A stretch of 62,294 nt of DNA, filler included, from Chiloscyllium plagiosum (lineage: Eukaryota): NCBI RefSeq assembly GCF_004010195.1. It is 5 parts of one record of this genome, joined end to end, with 100 filler letters (N's around TTAATTAATTAA, not from the genome) between each part and the next. Parts side by side here need not be neighbours in the genome. Positions count along the whole stretch, not along the records: positions 1 to 18,742 come from NC_057717.1; 4 more parts are not named here. The stretch is one strand, 5' to 3'. Below are positions 1-12,502 of the stretch, piece after piece. The stretch's first letter is position 1. Each line of letters opens with the position of its first letter. The translations under genes and the position numbers were made by a program. The notes beneath the pieces were generated by a model. The model was given only the letters and a program-made list of their open reading frames with translations. It was not told the DNA's origin and made no database searches.

Positions 1-160
1 ATCATTTAATAGGGTCATGATTGATCTCACCTTAGATCTCACTCTTGTCGCCTTAAAGGGCGAGTTTCTGTCGTGTAATGATTATTATATTCGCCTAACA
101 CGTGAAAGGTCCCCCGTTCAAAAATGGACCGAAACAGCCTTACTCCCTATGGCAGTTTTG

Positions 161-465
161 GGGCGGCGTGGTGGCTCAGTCGTTAGCACTGCTCCGTCGC
201 AGCACCAGGGTCCAAGGTTCGACTCCAAACTTGGGCGATTGTCTGTGTGGAGTCTGCACATTATCCCCATGTCTGTGTGGGTTTCCTCCAGTTTCCTGCA
301 CATAGTCTAAAGACATGCAGGTCAGGTAAATTGGGCATGCCAAATTGCCCATAATGTTCGGTGCATTCATCAGAGGGAAATGGGTCTGGGTGGGTTAGTA
401 TTCGGAGGATCGGTGGAGGGCCGAAGGGCCTGTTTCCACACTAGGGAATCTAATCTAATCTAATC
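161..465 (+). mobile_element. HE1-type tRNA-derived SINE (V-SINE)
   Basis: tRNA-like head GGCGGCGTGGTGGCTCAGT...GGTTCGACTCC, core GTCTGTGTGGAGT...GGGTTTCCTCC, CR1-like tail GGGCCGAAGGGCCTGTTTCC followed by (ATCTA)n. Confidence 0.85.
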
Positions 466-1179
466 AAACAACACTGTCCTGCCCACGCTACATAACCCTT
501 CAACCTGCAGCCAACAGAAAATCTGTTGAAGTCCTCCTCGCATTGACTCAATGTTTCACCACCCAGCAAAACCTCATTTGACGAATTTCACAGTTCTACA
601 TACTCTTAGAAAAATGATTCATTCCCATTTTAGTTTTCAGTCTGCCAGTCCCTCACCTAAAATCAAGATCTCCCGTTGCAGATTGCCTCACACGAGGAAG
701 CATCCATTCCACGTGTACTTTGTGAACAGCAAGGCTAAAAGTACTTAATAGTTCCTTCAAAGTCTGCACAAAATATTTACAAGTAGACACGGGCACAGAC
801 AGTCAATGATCCCTGTTGCTCGGAACTAGTTTTTTTGGGGAAATTCCCACATGTGTGGCAAAGTGCTGGAAATTAATGTTGTATTTGTTTCGAAACATAG
901 AAACATGGAAACATAGAGGATAGAAAGAGGCGGAGGCCATTCTGCTCTTCGAGCCTGTTCCACCACTCATCACAATTACGGACGATCCTTCAACTCAATA
1001 ACTTAATTCTGCTTTGTCCGCACAATCTTCAATCCCTTTCGCACAAGTACTACGTCTAATTGCAACCATATGGGATCAATGTGGATTTCAACAGCTTCCT
1101 CATTTGCTCTCCCCTAGGTTATCCCAGTCCCAAGCCTCTAACTCGGCACACCACTACTGACATGAATACCACCTTTCCC

Positions 1180-1430
1180 ATCCTTGTCTCTGACATATCA
1201 CCTTCTCCCTCATCTTAATCTACCTATCGCATCGTCAGCTACCTCCGCGCCGACCAGACCCATCCCTTTAATTCATCTCTCAGCGCCCCTGCACACAATC
1301 CTCATTCCTGATGAAGGGTTTATGCCCACAACTTTGACTCTCCTGCTCCTAGGATGATGGCAGACCTGCTGTGATTTTACAGCACCACATTCTCAACTCT
1401 GATCTCCAGCATCTGCAGTCCCCGCCTTTC
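1180..1430 (+). mobile_element. Penelope-type terminal repeat fragment with a degenerate hammerhead-like core (also at ~29610-29890)
   Basis: TTCCTGATGAAGGGTTTATGCCC...CTCTGATCTCCAGCATCTGCAGTC; same family as 14697-14916; GAAA motif mutated. Confidence 0.6.
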
Positions 1431-2189
1431 ACTCGAGCCAAGTATCGGGCAGGACTCTAGAGGGTTACAAGGCCGCCAGGAAGGAAACAAAGATGGACTT
1501 GGGAAGGTTGGAAGGGGCATTAACACTTTTAAGTGGTTAACATTAAGGAAAGCCCTAAGGTATTCTACATTATGTTAAAAAATGTATGGCGGTGGAGTAG
1601 CAGGAATGCATGCAGGATATTTAGTATGGGCCTCATTTGCTCCCATCTGCCTTCTTACTTTTTCTTTCATTTTCTGTTCTTTATAACTTTGCTCTTTTCT
1701 CACTTTTGTTTTGTTTCTTTAATCATTTCTCTTCTCTTTCCTTTACAGCCTTTGCAGTGGTTTAATCACAGCAGTTGTCGCCACTTCTGCCCCACCCAAG
1801 AACTTGCCGCAACTGACTTGGCCCAACCAGGACAGGACAGACCGTGGGCTGGAGCTGGCGATACAGGCCTCTGCCCTCGAGAAGCGCTCCCTTCTTCTTT
1901 CTCACTGTCCTTATCTATCTGGCTATCAATGTCCTCTCCGCCAGCCCGAGGCCCTCGCCCGGGCGTCTCCTCCTGACCCCAGCATCAGGCTGCAGGCTCT
2001 ACGCATTCCCTTCTATATCCCAACCCTCCTGCATTCAACTTTCCTCCCCTCACATTGTCCCATCCCTCCTATAGGCCGAACTCTCCTGGGTAAACTTCCT
2101 CTTCGCCCAGATACCTACATATACACATATCCCTCCGAAATCCCAACCCTCGATCTTCCACACTTCCATCTCTCATCCTGCATTCACAT

Positions 2190-3815
2190 ACTATTTCCAG
2201 TTGTAATATCTCATCATGGAAAAAGCTTTAGCAGTAAACCCAGCGGACAAACCTCGAGCTGGTGTCCCGAAGGCAGTCCGAAGTTGGCTTCAACCTTGGA
2301 CTGGCAACTCCTGCAACAACACAGTTGCCTCTCTACTTCGGTTATTGCCCTTGCTTTGGACAAAACTCGTGCCGAGGAGATAGAACCCTGCGGTCTGGGC
2401 AATTGCCGGACTTACATACAACCGTTCCCAGCTCTGCTACCTGGAGAGGACACTCCAGCATTGCCTCAACATGACGGCAAAGCGGCAGTTTACTGGTTAG
2501 AATGCTGTGCACGATTGGCATAGAGAAATTCGCCAAGGATTGCTTTCGATGGAGAGAAAGGCCATCGCACCGAATTGGTCAGATACTGCTGGCCTCAAAC
2601 TGGCCAGCACCCAGCCAATTAGATGCAGTACCACCACAGTCCGCCTGCTCTACTGGGTGCATGAAGCAGGCCTGTGTGATTATCCCCATTCTGTTCAGCA
2701 TTTTCGTCGCAGTCATGCAGGAACACGCCTTTGGAACATCAACTGATGCCGTCTACCTTCACACCAGATTAGACAGGAGGCTGTTTAGACTGATCCATCT
2801 GAGGGGAAGAAACCCAAGGTTCATGAAGCACTTACCAGTGAAATGTTTGCACAGTATTCGGCACTGGCATAACACTTGGAAGAGCAACTGCAACGCCTCA
2901 CGGACAGCTTTGTCAAGTGCCTGTCAGGACCTCAGCTTGACCATCAACCTGAAGACGACCAGTGTGATGGTCAAGGCATTGAGCACCCCTTCCATTCATA
3001 TTCACAACTATGAGTTTATGTACCTTGGCTCCACCATCACGGACACTCTCTCCCTAGACTCTGAAGTTAATAGATGAACTGGAGAAGCAGCCTCAACATT
3101 TGTTAGGCTCAGAAATAGAGCCCTCGAGAACAGAAAGCTGACGACTCGCACCAAGGTTGCAGTCCACAAGGCTTGCACCCTTCACACACTGCTTTATGGC
3201 AGGGAGGACTGGAATTTCTACTCCAGACAACAGCAGTGTCTCAACCCATTCCATCTTCGGAGACTGAGATGCATCATTGACATCAAGTCGGCTGACTGAG
3301 TTACCAACAATGAGTTTCTCGCCCATGCCCAGATGCCTAGCCGCTTCACGCTGCTCCAGCAACACTGTCTCCGCTGGCTGAGCCACGTAAACAGCATGTC
3401 CGCCCACAGGATTTAATAGGGCCTGCTGTACGAGGAACTGGCCTTCGGCAAGAGAGCACAACGGCGGACCTATCTTCACTTCGAAAATGGCTGCAAGAGA
3501 CACACGAAGTAACTGAACATGAATGTCGAGAGGTGAGAGGACATTGTAAGCGATCATTCTCGCTCGGGGCTGGAATTACGCAGAGGTCTAAAAAAGGAGA
3601 ATAAAAGCTGAGCCTTGCTGCTGAAGAAAAGTGCACTCACCGAGAAAAGAGCACCAAGACAACACCGGAGGACAGCACCTTCAATTGCAGTCACTGCAGC
3701 CGAGATTGCCACTCCCGTGTGGGCCGCAACAGCCACATCAGATGCTTCTCTTACAACAAACATTGAAGCAAGTATTGCCAGGCGCATATCCATCGTCTCA
3801 CGAGAATGACGAGTG
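2190..3815 (+). mobile_element. RTE-clade LINE remnant (RT, thumb and C-terminal Zn finger), frameshifted
   Basis: Peptides TGCMKQACVIIPILFSIF (GVKQGC motif), FMYLGSTI..SLDSEVN, LLYGxExW, FHLR.LR, LRWL.HV, and a C-terminal CxxC...SHxRC. Confidence 0.8.
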
Positions 3816-5859
3816 TACCAATTGTACACGTATGTGAGGAACAAGACAATGGCCAGAAGGTCGGTCCATCAGGGATAGTGGGGGGAATCTTGTGCTTGCA
3901 GTCAGAGGAAGTAGGCAAGGTAGTAANNNNNNNNNNNNNNNNNNNNNNNNNNNNNNNNNNNNNNNNNNNNNNNNNNNNNNNNNNNNNNNNNNNNNNNNNN
4001 NNNNNNNNNNNNNNNNNNNNNNNNNNNNNNNNNNNNNNNNNNNNNNNNNNNNNNNNNNNNNNNNNNNNNNNNNNNNNNNNNNNNNNNNNNNNNNNNNNNN
4101 NNNNNNNNNNNNNNNNNNNNNNNNNNNNNNNNNNNNNNNNNNNNNNNNNNNNNNNNNNNNNNNNNNNNNNNNNNNNNNNNNNNNNNNNNNNNNNNNNNNN
4201 NNNNNNNNNNNNNNNNNNNNNNNNNNNNNNNNNNNNNNNNNNNNNNNNNNNNNNNNNNNNNNNNNNNNNNNNNNNNNNNNNNNNNNNNNNNNNNNNNNNN
4301 NNNNNNNNNNNNNNNNNNNNNNNNNNNNNNNNNNNNNNNNNNNNNNNNNNNNNNNNNNNNNNNNNNNNNNNNNNNNNNNNNNNNNNNNNNNNNNNNNNNN
4401 NNNNNNNNNNNNNNNNNNNNNNNNNNCCTAGAATCCGGACAGGTTGTGAAAGCATTTAACTTGAACAACATGAATGCTAACGAACTTGCTTGCCTCAGTT
4501 ATGACTGATGAAAGCCCATTTGGTAAGCCCTTGACACCTGTGAGGTCCAAGGCTTGCTTAACGACGCCCCCGATACTTTTAAGTGCCTAAGATCAGTTTT
4601 AATTGGATGGTACAAATCTGAAAAAAATTATAGTTCCTTACTTCAGGATGCCATAACATTAATGAATTTGGCATACGGGCCGCAATGGGCTCCGTTGTAT
4701 TTCCGCTGGATCGTGGACTGATGCAGAGGCACGAACATCTTGTCTTCAAAACGTTGTTTGAATTACAAATGGAACAGCTGAGCGGTACTTGGATTTTGCC
4801 GAGACTTTGGCTTTTCTTTCCCTATTTGGATAATCAGCTATATGCCACAGCCATGATTTATGAGGCTAAACTCTCTAACTTTGAAAATGCTGGGACGTGA
4901 TTGCCGCATTAACCTTACCAGCAACGATTAAACTTGAACGCTGAAAAACTGAGATAGGAAGAAAGTTGAAAAACGTTAATACGTTCGTGTGTGTGGGGGA
5001 GGGGGCGTGGTGGGGAAGTGAGAGGGAGGGATGAACTGATTCAGTGTTGATTCACTGAAGCTTGCAGAAAGCTTAACTCTATGTGATCTGGTTTGAATGC
5101 ACATCTGCTTGTTGGTGATTTAATGCGTTTTGTTCCCTGGAGCTCGAGATCAGGGCCTGCTTTGAATTTGATTTGCATTTTGAGAATTTAGTTTATTTAT
5201 TCGATAGTTAAGGAACCGCCAGTGAATACAAGTGAAATATTAATCCTCCCGTTTTTTTTAAAGCACATGACTACACGACTGTCAATTTCTAACTAATCCC
5301 CTTTCTATGCTGACATTAAAGACAATCTTATTTAAATTCAAATTAGTTTAGTATGGAGGGAGACAACAAGACATTTTTTTTAAAAAAAGTCTTCTCCTAA
5401 GATTTTGCACCATTTGATATCATTATAAACCGACTCTCAAATTCCCCATCATTTCATGTTCCTGCCAAAGATCAACCTCAACCCTCTCAGGTCCAGCTGA
5501 TGGACCAATCAGTGCATTAACAAACAGAAGTAAAAGCAGGAGCAATTCAAATCCTGGCCTCAGCAGGTCTCTACTCCTTTCTTAAAAATAAGCTAAACAT
5601 AACGTTGAGGAAATTCACTCCAGATTATAACATTTGCACATTCGGTTGAGACATTACAAGAACCTTGTAGAATTTGGGTAAAAATTGTAGAACAGAATAT
5701 ATCAAGTTCGATCCAAAACATATATGTTGCTGGCTGTGAATCTTATCAAATCGAATGGATCTGTTGAAGAGACAGTTAGAAGCAATGGGTAATATTCAAC
5801 AGCAACAGTATGTGATGGATGGCAGTTGTAGGAAGGTGGAAGGTCTCAGAGGCAGTTAC

Positions 5860-8460
5860 ACGGATGGGTTAACTCCAAGTAAGTAAAAGAGGGAGGCAGC
5901 TAGTGCAGGATTGTTTTATTGATATAGTCATTTCAAACATGAATGATGTTTTGGAAAACGTAGGCGGTAATGGATTCTTAGTAGAACGTAGCACGAACAG
6001 CCACGTTTCTGGTATAGAGACTGGCTCTAATGCAACGTGGGGTACGTCGGGTACCAAGAGATCAATTGTGTTACGGGAATTCTATAGTTCGAGGTTTCTG
6101 TGGCCAGCAGCGACAAATCAGAATGGTGTGTTGCTTTCCTGGTACCAGGATCAAGGATGTATCAGAGAGGGTACAGAATGTTTTTATGGGGGAGAGAGCA
6201 AGAGGTCATTGTACACATTAGAACCAACGACATAGGAAGGTAAAATTTTGAGATTCTGAAGGGAGATTACAGAGAGTTAGACAGGTATTTAAGAAGGAGG
6301 TCCTCGAGCGAAGTTATATCTTGTTATTCCCGGTGCTACGAGCGAGTGAGGGCAGGAATAGGAGAATAGAGCAGACGAATGCTTGGCTGAGGAGCTGGTG
6401 CATGATGGAAGGAATCACATTTTCCGATCATTGGAATATCTTTTGGAGTAGCAGTGGACTGTACAGAAGGACGGATTGCACCTAAATTGGAAGGTGACTA
6501 ATATATTGGCAGGAAGATTGGCTAGAACTGGTCGAGAGGACTTAAGCTCGTAAAGTGGGGTGGGGAGGGGTGAGAACCAGGGAGATAGTGAGGAAAGATA
6601 TCAATCTGAGAGTGGTACAGTTGAGAACAGAAGCGAGTCAAACAGTCAGGGCAGGCTGGGACAAGGTAAGACAAATACATTAAACTGCATTTATTTCAAT
6701 GCAAGGGGCCTAACAGGGAATGCAAATGAACTCAGGACTGGGCTAGGAACATAGGACTGGAATCGCAAAGCAATTTCAGAAACACTGGTGGCAGATATTC
6801 GCAGGTAAAGGACAGCTGGAAAATGGGAAACCTTCAGAATTTATATAACAAGAATCCAGAGAAAAGTATATTCCTGTTAAGGTGAAACTAAAGGCTGGTA
6901 GGTATAGAGAACGTTCGATGACTAAAGAAATTGAGGGTTTGGTTAAGAAAAAGAAGGAAGCACATGTAAGGTATGAATAGGATATATCGAGTGAATCTTT
7001 GGAAGAGAATAAAGGATGTAGGAGTATCCTTAAGAGGGAAATCAGGAGAGCAACAATGGGACGTGAGATAGAATTGGCAAATAGAATTAAGGATGATCCA
7101 AAGAATTTGTACAAATACATTAAAGAAAAAAGTGTAACTCGGGAGAGAATAGGGAACATATTCTCGGATTAGGGATAGTCAACATGGTTCTATGCGTGGG
7201 AAATCATGTCTCCAAACTTGATTGAGTTTTTTGAGGAAGTAACAAAGAGGTTTGATAAGGGCAGAGCGGTAGATGTGATCGATACGGACTTCAGTAAGGT
7301 GTTCGACAAGGTTCCCCATTGGCGAAAGATCAGCAAGGTTAGATCTCACAGTATACCGGGGCAACTAGCCATTTGGATACAGAACTGGCTCAAAGGTAGA
7401 AGACAGAGTGTGGTGATGACGGGTTGTTTTTCAGACTGGAGGCTTGTAACCAGTGAAATGCCACAAGGATCGCTGCTGTGTCCTTTTTTTGTCGTTTACT
7501 TAAATGATTTAGGTGCAATTATAAGAGATACCGTTAGTAAGTTTGCAGATGACGGCACATTTGGAGGTGTAGTGAACAGCGAAAAGGGTTAACTTAGATT
7601 ACAACAGGATCTTGACCAGATGGGCCAATGGGTTGAGAATTTGCAGATGGTGTTTGAGTCAGATAAATGCGAGGTGTTGCATTTTGAGAAAGCAAATCTT
7701 AGAAGGACTTATACACTTAACGGAAAGGTCCAAGGGAGTGTTGCTGAATAAAGCGACCTTGAAGTGCAGTTTAACAGCTCCTTGAAAGTGGAGTCGCAGG
7801 TAAATAGGATAGGGCAGAAGGCGTTTAGTATGCTTTCCTTTGTCGGTCAGAGTATTGAGTAAAGAGGTCGGGAGATCATGTTGCGGCTATACAGGACATT
7901 GGTTAGACGACTATTGTAATATTGCGTGCAATTGTAGTCTCCTTCCTATCGGAAAGATGCTGTGAACCTTGAAAGGCTTCAGAAATATTTACAAGGATGT
8001 TTCCGGGGTTGGACTATTTGATCTAGAGGGTGATTAGGCTGGGGCTGTTTTCCCTGGAGCCTCGGAGGCTGAGTGGTGACCTTACAGAGGTTTACAAAAT
8101 TATCAGGGGCATGGATAAGTTAAATAGGCAAAGTCTTTTACCTGGGGTCGGGTAGTCCAGAACTCGAGGGCATAGGTTCAAGGTGAGGGAGGAAAGATAT
8201 AAAAGAGACGCAAGGGTCAACTTTTTCACGCAGAGGGAGGTTCGTTTATGGAATGATCTGGCGGAGGAAGTGGTGGAGGCTGGTGTAATTGCAACATTTA
8301 AGTGGCATTAGGATGGATATCTGAATAGGAGGCGTTGGACGGATATGGGCCGGGTGCTGACAGGGGAGACGAGATTGGGTTGGGATATCTGGTCGGCATG
8401 GACGGGTTGGAGGGAAGGGTCTGTTTCCATACTGTACATCTCTATGACTCTTTGACTCTA
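5860..8460 (+). mobile_element. CR1 LINE, internally deleted (ORF1 SGNH-esterase region, ORF2 fragments, 3' tail)
   Basis: GNSIVRG...MVCCFPG.RIKDVSER (ORF1); CIYFNARGL (endonuclease start); NLIEFFEEVTK..D.G.AVDVI..DFSKVFDKVPH, PQGS, SKFADD (RT); tail CTCTATGACTCT. Confidence 0.9.
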
Positions 8461-8649
8461 TATCCCCAACCAGCAATGATGTTTCCAGAAAGTAATAGCA
8501 ACAGAAGTAATTTGTTTTCTCTTTTTCTTCAGATTCGATTGGTTGCACTTCAGTTTCATTGGTTGCACTTCAGTTTCATTAGTTATTATGTACTACCATT
8601 TCTATATCAATGTTCCTCCCTCACTGGGAAATGAAGGATCAGATCAACA

Positions 8650-11600
8650 ATATGTTTAAAGACATTTTTTCAAACCAATTGTATGAGCCCTGAATCACAA
8701 AGTCAAAATTAATTGCCAGGATTAATTTGTTTTATGCTTTTGTACATTATCTGTACCGTTGCCTTGTGGTTAATCTGAAGCATGGTTGCACTAATCATTA
8801 AGTAAAGAATGGAAAAAGAAAAGCGATAGTGAATGGAAAGATATCTGACTGGCCAGTTGGAGGAATTATGTATGCGATAGTGTGATTGAAGCATGTATAT
8901 CGGATGGAACGCCCATTCCTATTTGAAGGAAGCAATGGGAATTTTCACTCGATAATCCTCAGCACACACCCCTTAAACTGAAGGTGATGGGTACAGTATC
9001 GTTGTCCAACTTCATTGTCGACATCATGGCAGTGAGAGTCCTGACCCATGTGAGCAAGATACCGTCTCAAGAATCAGATTAATGTTCATGAGGATAGCAC
9101 CAGACCACAAGGAGAAACTGGCCCAATTTTTTTTAATACGTCCAAAGGATGATACATGTGTAAAGGCCACGAACATCTGGGAATGACACGAATAAGATTG
9201 GATTGTGACTGAAATAAGTGGCCAGCTGTCTGACGAAAGAGGAATACGGCCCGCAAATGAAAATGATCATGAAGCTGATTCATCTTTGTTTAACACTATT
9301 GTTTTTCCATGCATTCCTTCTGGTATCGCCTAAGTGATCTGGTCAAACAATATTAATTGGATCAGCAATTTCTAATCGCAGATGAGGTGATTGGTGGTCG
9401 TTTGCTGGGATGGCCAGAATGAGAACAAATTACGATCCAAGTTACAGGTTAAACAGAATAAGTCAAGCAACCTCAGATACATGTACGCTGTGGGTCAGCC
9501 CCAACGAGGTTGATTGCAACCAGCAGATCCACTCGGGGCGGAACCTACCTCAGACGCCCGCCTAACGACCACTGTTCAGAAACCCTTTCCAGAGGGCACT
9601 CTAGAAGTGGGGACAGTCAGTGGAATTTAACTGTGGAAATATGGCCAATGGGAAGTGTTGTGTCCTTATTGTTATCTTGGGATTAACACAAGGCTCGACA
9701 GACTTGCATTCCAGCAGCCAGAAAATCTCCTAATACACACGGACTCTCGATGATATTTTGTGTGGCCCACGATTTTGGAACCTTCTGGGAGCATAGCGGA
9801 TTTAGCCTGCACCAGCGAACCAAATGATGTTGCTGTTTGTTGAACCAGTCTGGCAGTTGTCAAAATGTTCGAATCACGTGAATGCAACTGATACCGTCTC
9901 AAAAGGAATGAGAAAGATTTTGCTGAAAAGCAGGCAGCCGAACATCCCAAACTTCTGAACCGATTGGTTTCGCCTCAAAACCTGGTTAGAGACATTTTAC
10001 GGATGGGAATTACAGACCTGCGTACGATTCATAAATATCAGGGAAGACCCTGCTGAAGAGCCACAGTTTATGGCCTCCAATGGGATGATTTGTCGATACC
10101 CAAAACAAACTTTGTGTGATCCCTAGTGGACAGGTTTGTATTCCTTCTTTGTTGCACTATTTTAGTTAATTATTTATAATCATAGAGTCTGAGAGATATA
10201 ATGCATGGAAACAGACCAATCGGTCCAAATCGTCCATGCTTACCAAATATCCCAATTTAATCTTTCCCCTTTGCCAGCACCTGGCTCATATCATTGTAAA
10301 CCCTTCGTTTTCACAGAACAATCCAGATGGTATTTAAATGATGCCATTGTCCGAACCTCCACCATTTCCTCTGCAGCTCATTCCATACACTCACCACTCT
10401 CTGACTGAAAAAGTTGTCCCTAAGGTCCCGTTTATATCTTTTCCATCTCAAACTAAATCTGTGCGCTCTAGTTCTATATTCCCCCATTCCAGGGAAAATC
10501 CCTTGTCTATTTAGCTTATCCTTGCCGCTCAATATTTAATAAACTTCTAAAAGCCCACACCTCCGCCTTCGATGCTCCGTTGAAAACAGCCCGAGTCTAT
10601 TCAGCCTCTCTCTATAGCTCAAATCCGCCAATCCTGGCAACATGCTTGCAAAAGGATTCATAACTGTCTATGCTTGGGCAAGGAAGGAATGGTTTATACA
10701 CTATTACAAAGTTGGCAGAAGCCAGAATTTCAGAATGAAGCTGAGCAATGAACTGAACAATGTTTGATATGTATTCAAAAAAGACGAATTCTGTAAAAGG
10801 GTTGCGCTGCGTTTATTGAACAACTCATTGGCATTTTACTTGTCGACACCTTGCTTTTATAGAATTACCTCGTATCCGTTGTTATGAACATTGTCTAATA
10901 ATAGTTAATATATTTAGCAGATGAATCAAAAATAATGACTGATACTGCTGCCACTATAGGGGTGGACAAGTGGGAAATGCTTGCATCAGTTAACCAACAT
11001 TCTTCAAAGTTTACAGTCACAGGTACTTTTATCCTAAAAACTAGGAAAGGGTGCAAGTGAAAGGCCCGTTTATAGTCCACATGGTGACCCATTCAGCAGT
11101 CAACTTCGAAGGAGAACATGAATGGACGCATGTGATGTAATTCAAATAAGTGCTACTCCCGGAGGAATACTGGAAGCCCCTGTCTAAGACATCTGTTCAG
11201 TCACTGTCCGCGAATGCCTCAGCCTAACCCTTCTGGCTTTCATTACACTGCGTCTCATCTTCCTATCGACGCAATGGATCGCCTGATTACCTCTCGTAAA
11301 CAGGAATGCTGACTAATGCTTTTCTCTTTGCATAGGTCAACCACTCTATCTGCTGGGGATGTGCCAAGTACCCATCCGTCCAGAACTCTCACTAACCCGA
11401 GCCCTGATGGAATTTAAGTGACATGCAAGTTTCATTTCCCCTGCTTTTGGATCTGTTCAATGAGTAATCGAATTAACACTGCAGACAATCCTATACTTGT
11501 TTCAGTTCACTGTTGTGGCCATCCTGTCCAGCCTAGATTTCCCCTTCCTGGTGAAATTCATAATGTTTATTCCTAGTCGCGGACCCTTCTACCCACGGAA

Positions 11601-11950
11601 TATTTGTTGATCATCAGTAATTGACCTTTACTCTGAACATTCCCCAGGGAAGTATACAGCCAATCACATTCTACTGGGTCTGTACTTACTTTTAATCTTG
11701 AACAGATAATAATCTTAGCTGTCTTAAGCAAACGACCTCACGAGAACAGGTAAGTTGTTGTACAAGACCCTGCTTCTTTTCTGGTTGCTGTTCGCGAAGT
11801 CCTGGTTTTCTATCATTTGAATTTAATTTCTGCCGTCATCTGTGGTTGAAGTTGAAACAGTGACTTCAGTGTAATAAAGTGGTCCTCTGTATTATCGGCC
11901 CAGTGACGTTACTACTCTCAATAGTGTTCTTGTCGTGAAGTTACTTCAGA
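8650..11950 (+). mobile_element. Decayed endogenous retrovirus (class I, gamma/epsilon-like): gag-RNaseH-IN-env remnants, PR/RT not seen; interrupted by a CR1 at 10180-10650
   Basis: Manual translation across frameshifts: FNCG/KYGQWEVLCP (Gag CCHC knuckle, 9626-9666); IHTDSR and VAHDFGTFW..GF (RNase H, 9733-9803); IHNCLCLGKEGM...W..P...CLIC (IN Zn finger, from 10656); FIELPRIRCYEHCLIIVNIFSR* (IN core, 10856-10924); KGPFIVHMVTHSAVNFEGEHEWTH (IN GPY/F, 11060-11131); NHSICWGC (env SU, ~11339-11362). Outer boundaries approximate. Confidence 0.85.
10180..10650 (-). mobile_element. CR1 3' fragment inserted into the ERV pol
   Basis: Minus-strand peptide RTRAH...FFSQRVVSVWNEL and CR1 3' UTR. Confidence 0.85.
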
Positions 11951-12351
11951 GAGAAGAACTGGTTCTTGATAGAAATACTTGTAATCCGAAGACTGGCCAG
12001 GAGAGAGATGGAACCGTTTAGTGCGAATTTTATCAGGGCGTAGTTGATGGTTTATTCAGCAGAGGCGAGGAACTGGGAATATTATAGAGTTGCTAGTGGA
12101 CAACATTGTTGGTGAAGATAACACAAAGACATAAATCTGTTCAGAGCAAAGTGGTCCTTTGAGGTTGTAAAAAATCTTGTTCTCAGATGTTTGCGAGTGT
12201 AGGCGTCTGAAATTCAGTATTAATGAATGGAGTTCGTAAAAGAAACTTAAGACAAGAGTTTTTTGTCTTTTCCAAATATAAATCATGGAATAGAATTAAA
12301 GTTTAACCTGGTATATGGAATTAATAAATGTCTAGATCTCAAGAGACTTAC

Positions 12352-12502
12352 CAGGAACACTAACAACAGTGAGGATGGGATATTAACCTGCCTGAATTAA
12401 GAGCAGTAGACCGTATTTCCATTATGGTAATGCTTGCCAAGAAAGATAGGAAATACCCAAGAATAATCTCCTGTTGTCCATTGTTGAAACATTCCAGTCC
12501 AT
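12352..12502 (-). pseudogene. GPR139-like GPCR exon 1, pseudogenised; matching exon 2 not found
   Basis: ATG at 12502 gives MDWNVSTMDNRRLFLGISYLSWQALP*WKYGLLLLIQAG*YPILTVVSVP then CCTG|GTAAGT phase-1 donor. Same TM1 end as the intact exon at 52884-52950. Two in-frame TAA. Confidence 0.8.

Larger units (their letters stand above)
1..3926 (+). repeat. Segmental duplication copy A (partner 28445-32263); may extend beyond the window start
   Basis: Near-identical colinear sequence. The ORF track gives almost identical peptides (17..310 vs 28461..28754; 1533..1976 vs 29990..30433; 3093..3557 vs 31426..31890). Confidence 0.95.

Noticed and set aside
1533..2523. 147-aa and 239-aa ORFs, conserved in the duplicate
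   Set aside because: No recognisable domain; pyrimidine-rich repeat flank; conservation only reflects the recent duplication.
3751..4471. Long ORFs spanning N gaps (also near 25.3k, 31k, 34k and 50k)
   Set aside because: Artefacts of translating Ns. Only the GPCR part of 50026..50709 and 33292..33756 is real host coding sequence.
8900..9000. GIFTR*SSAHTP*TEG resembling an integrase motif
   Set aside because: Lies upstream of the Gag knuckle while the real integrase motifs are at 10656-11131; probably a chance match within gag.
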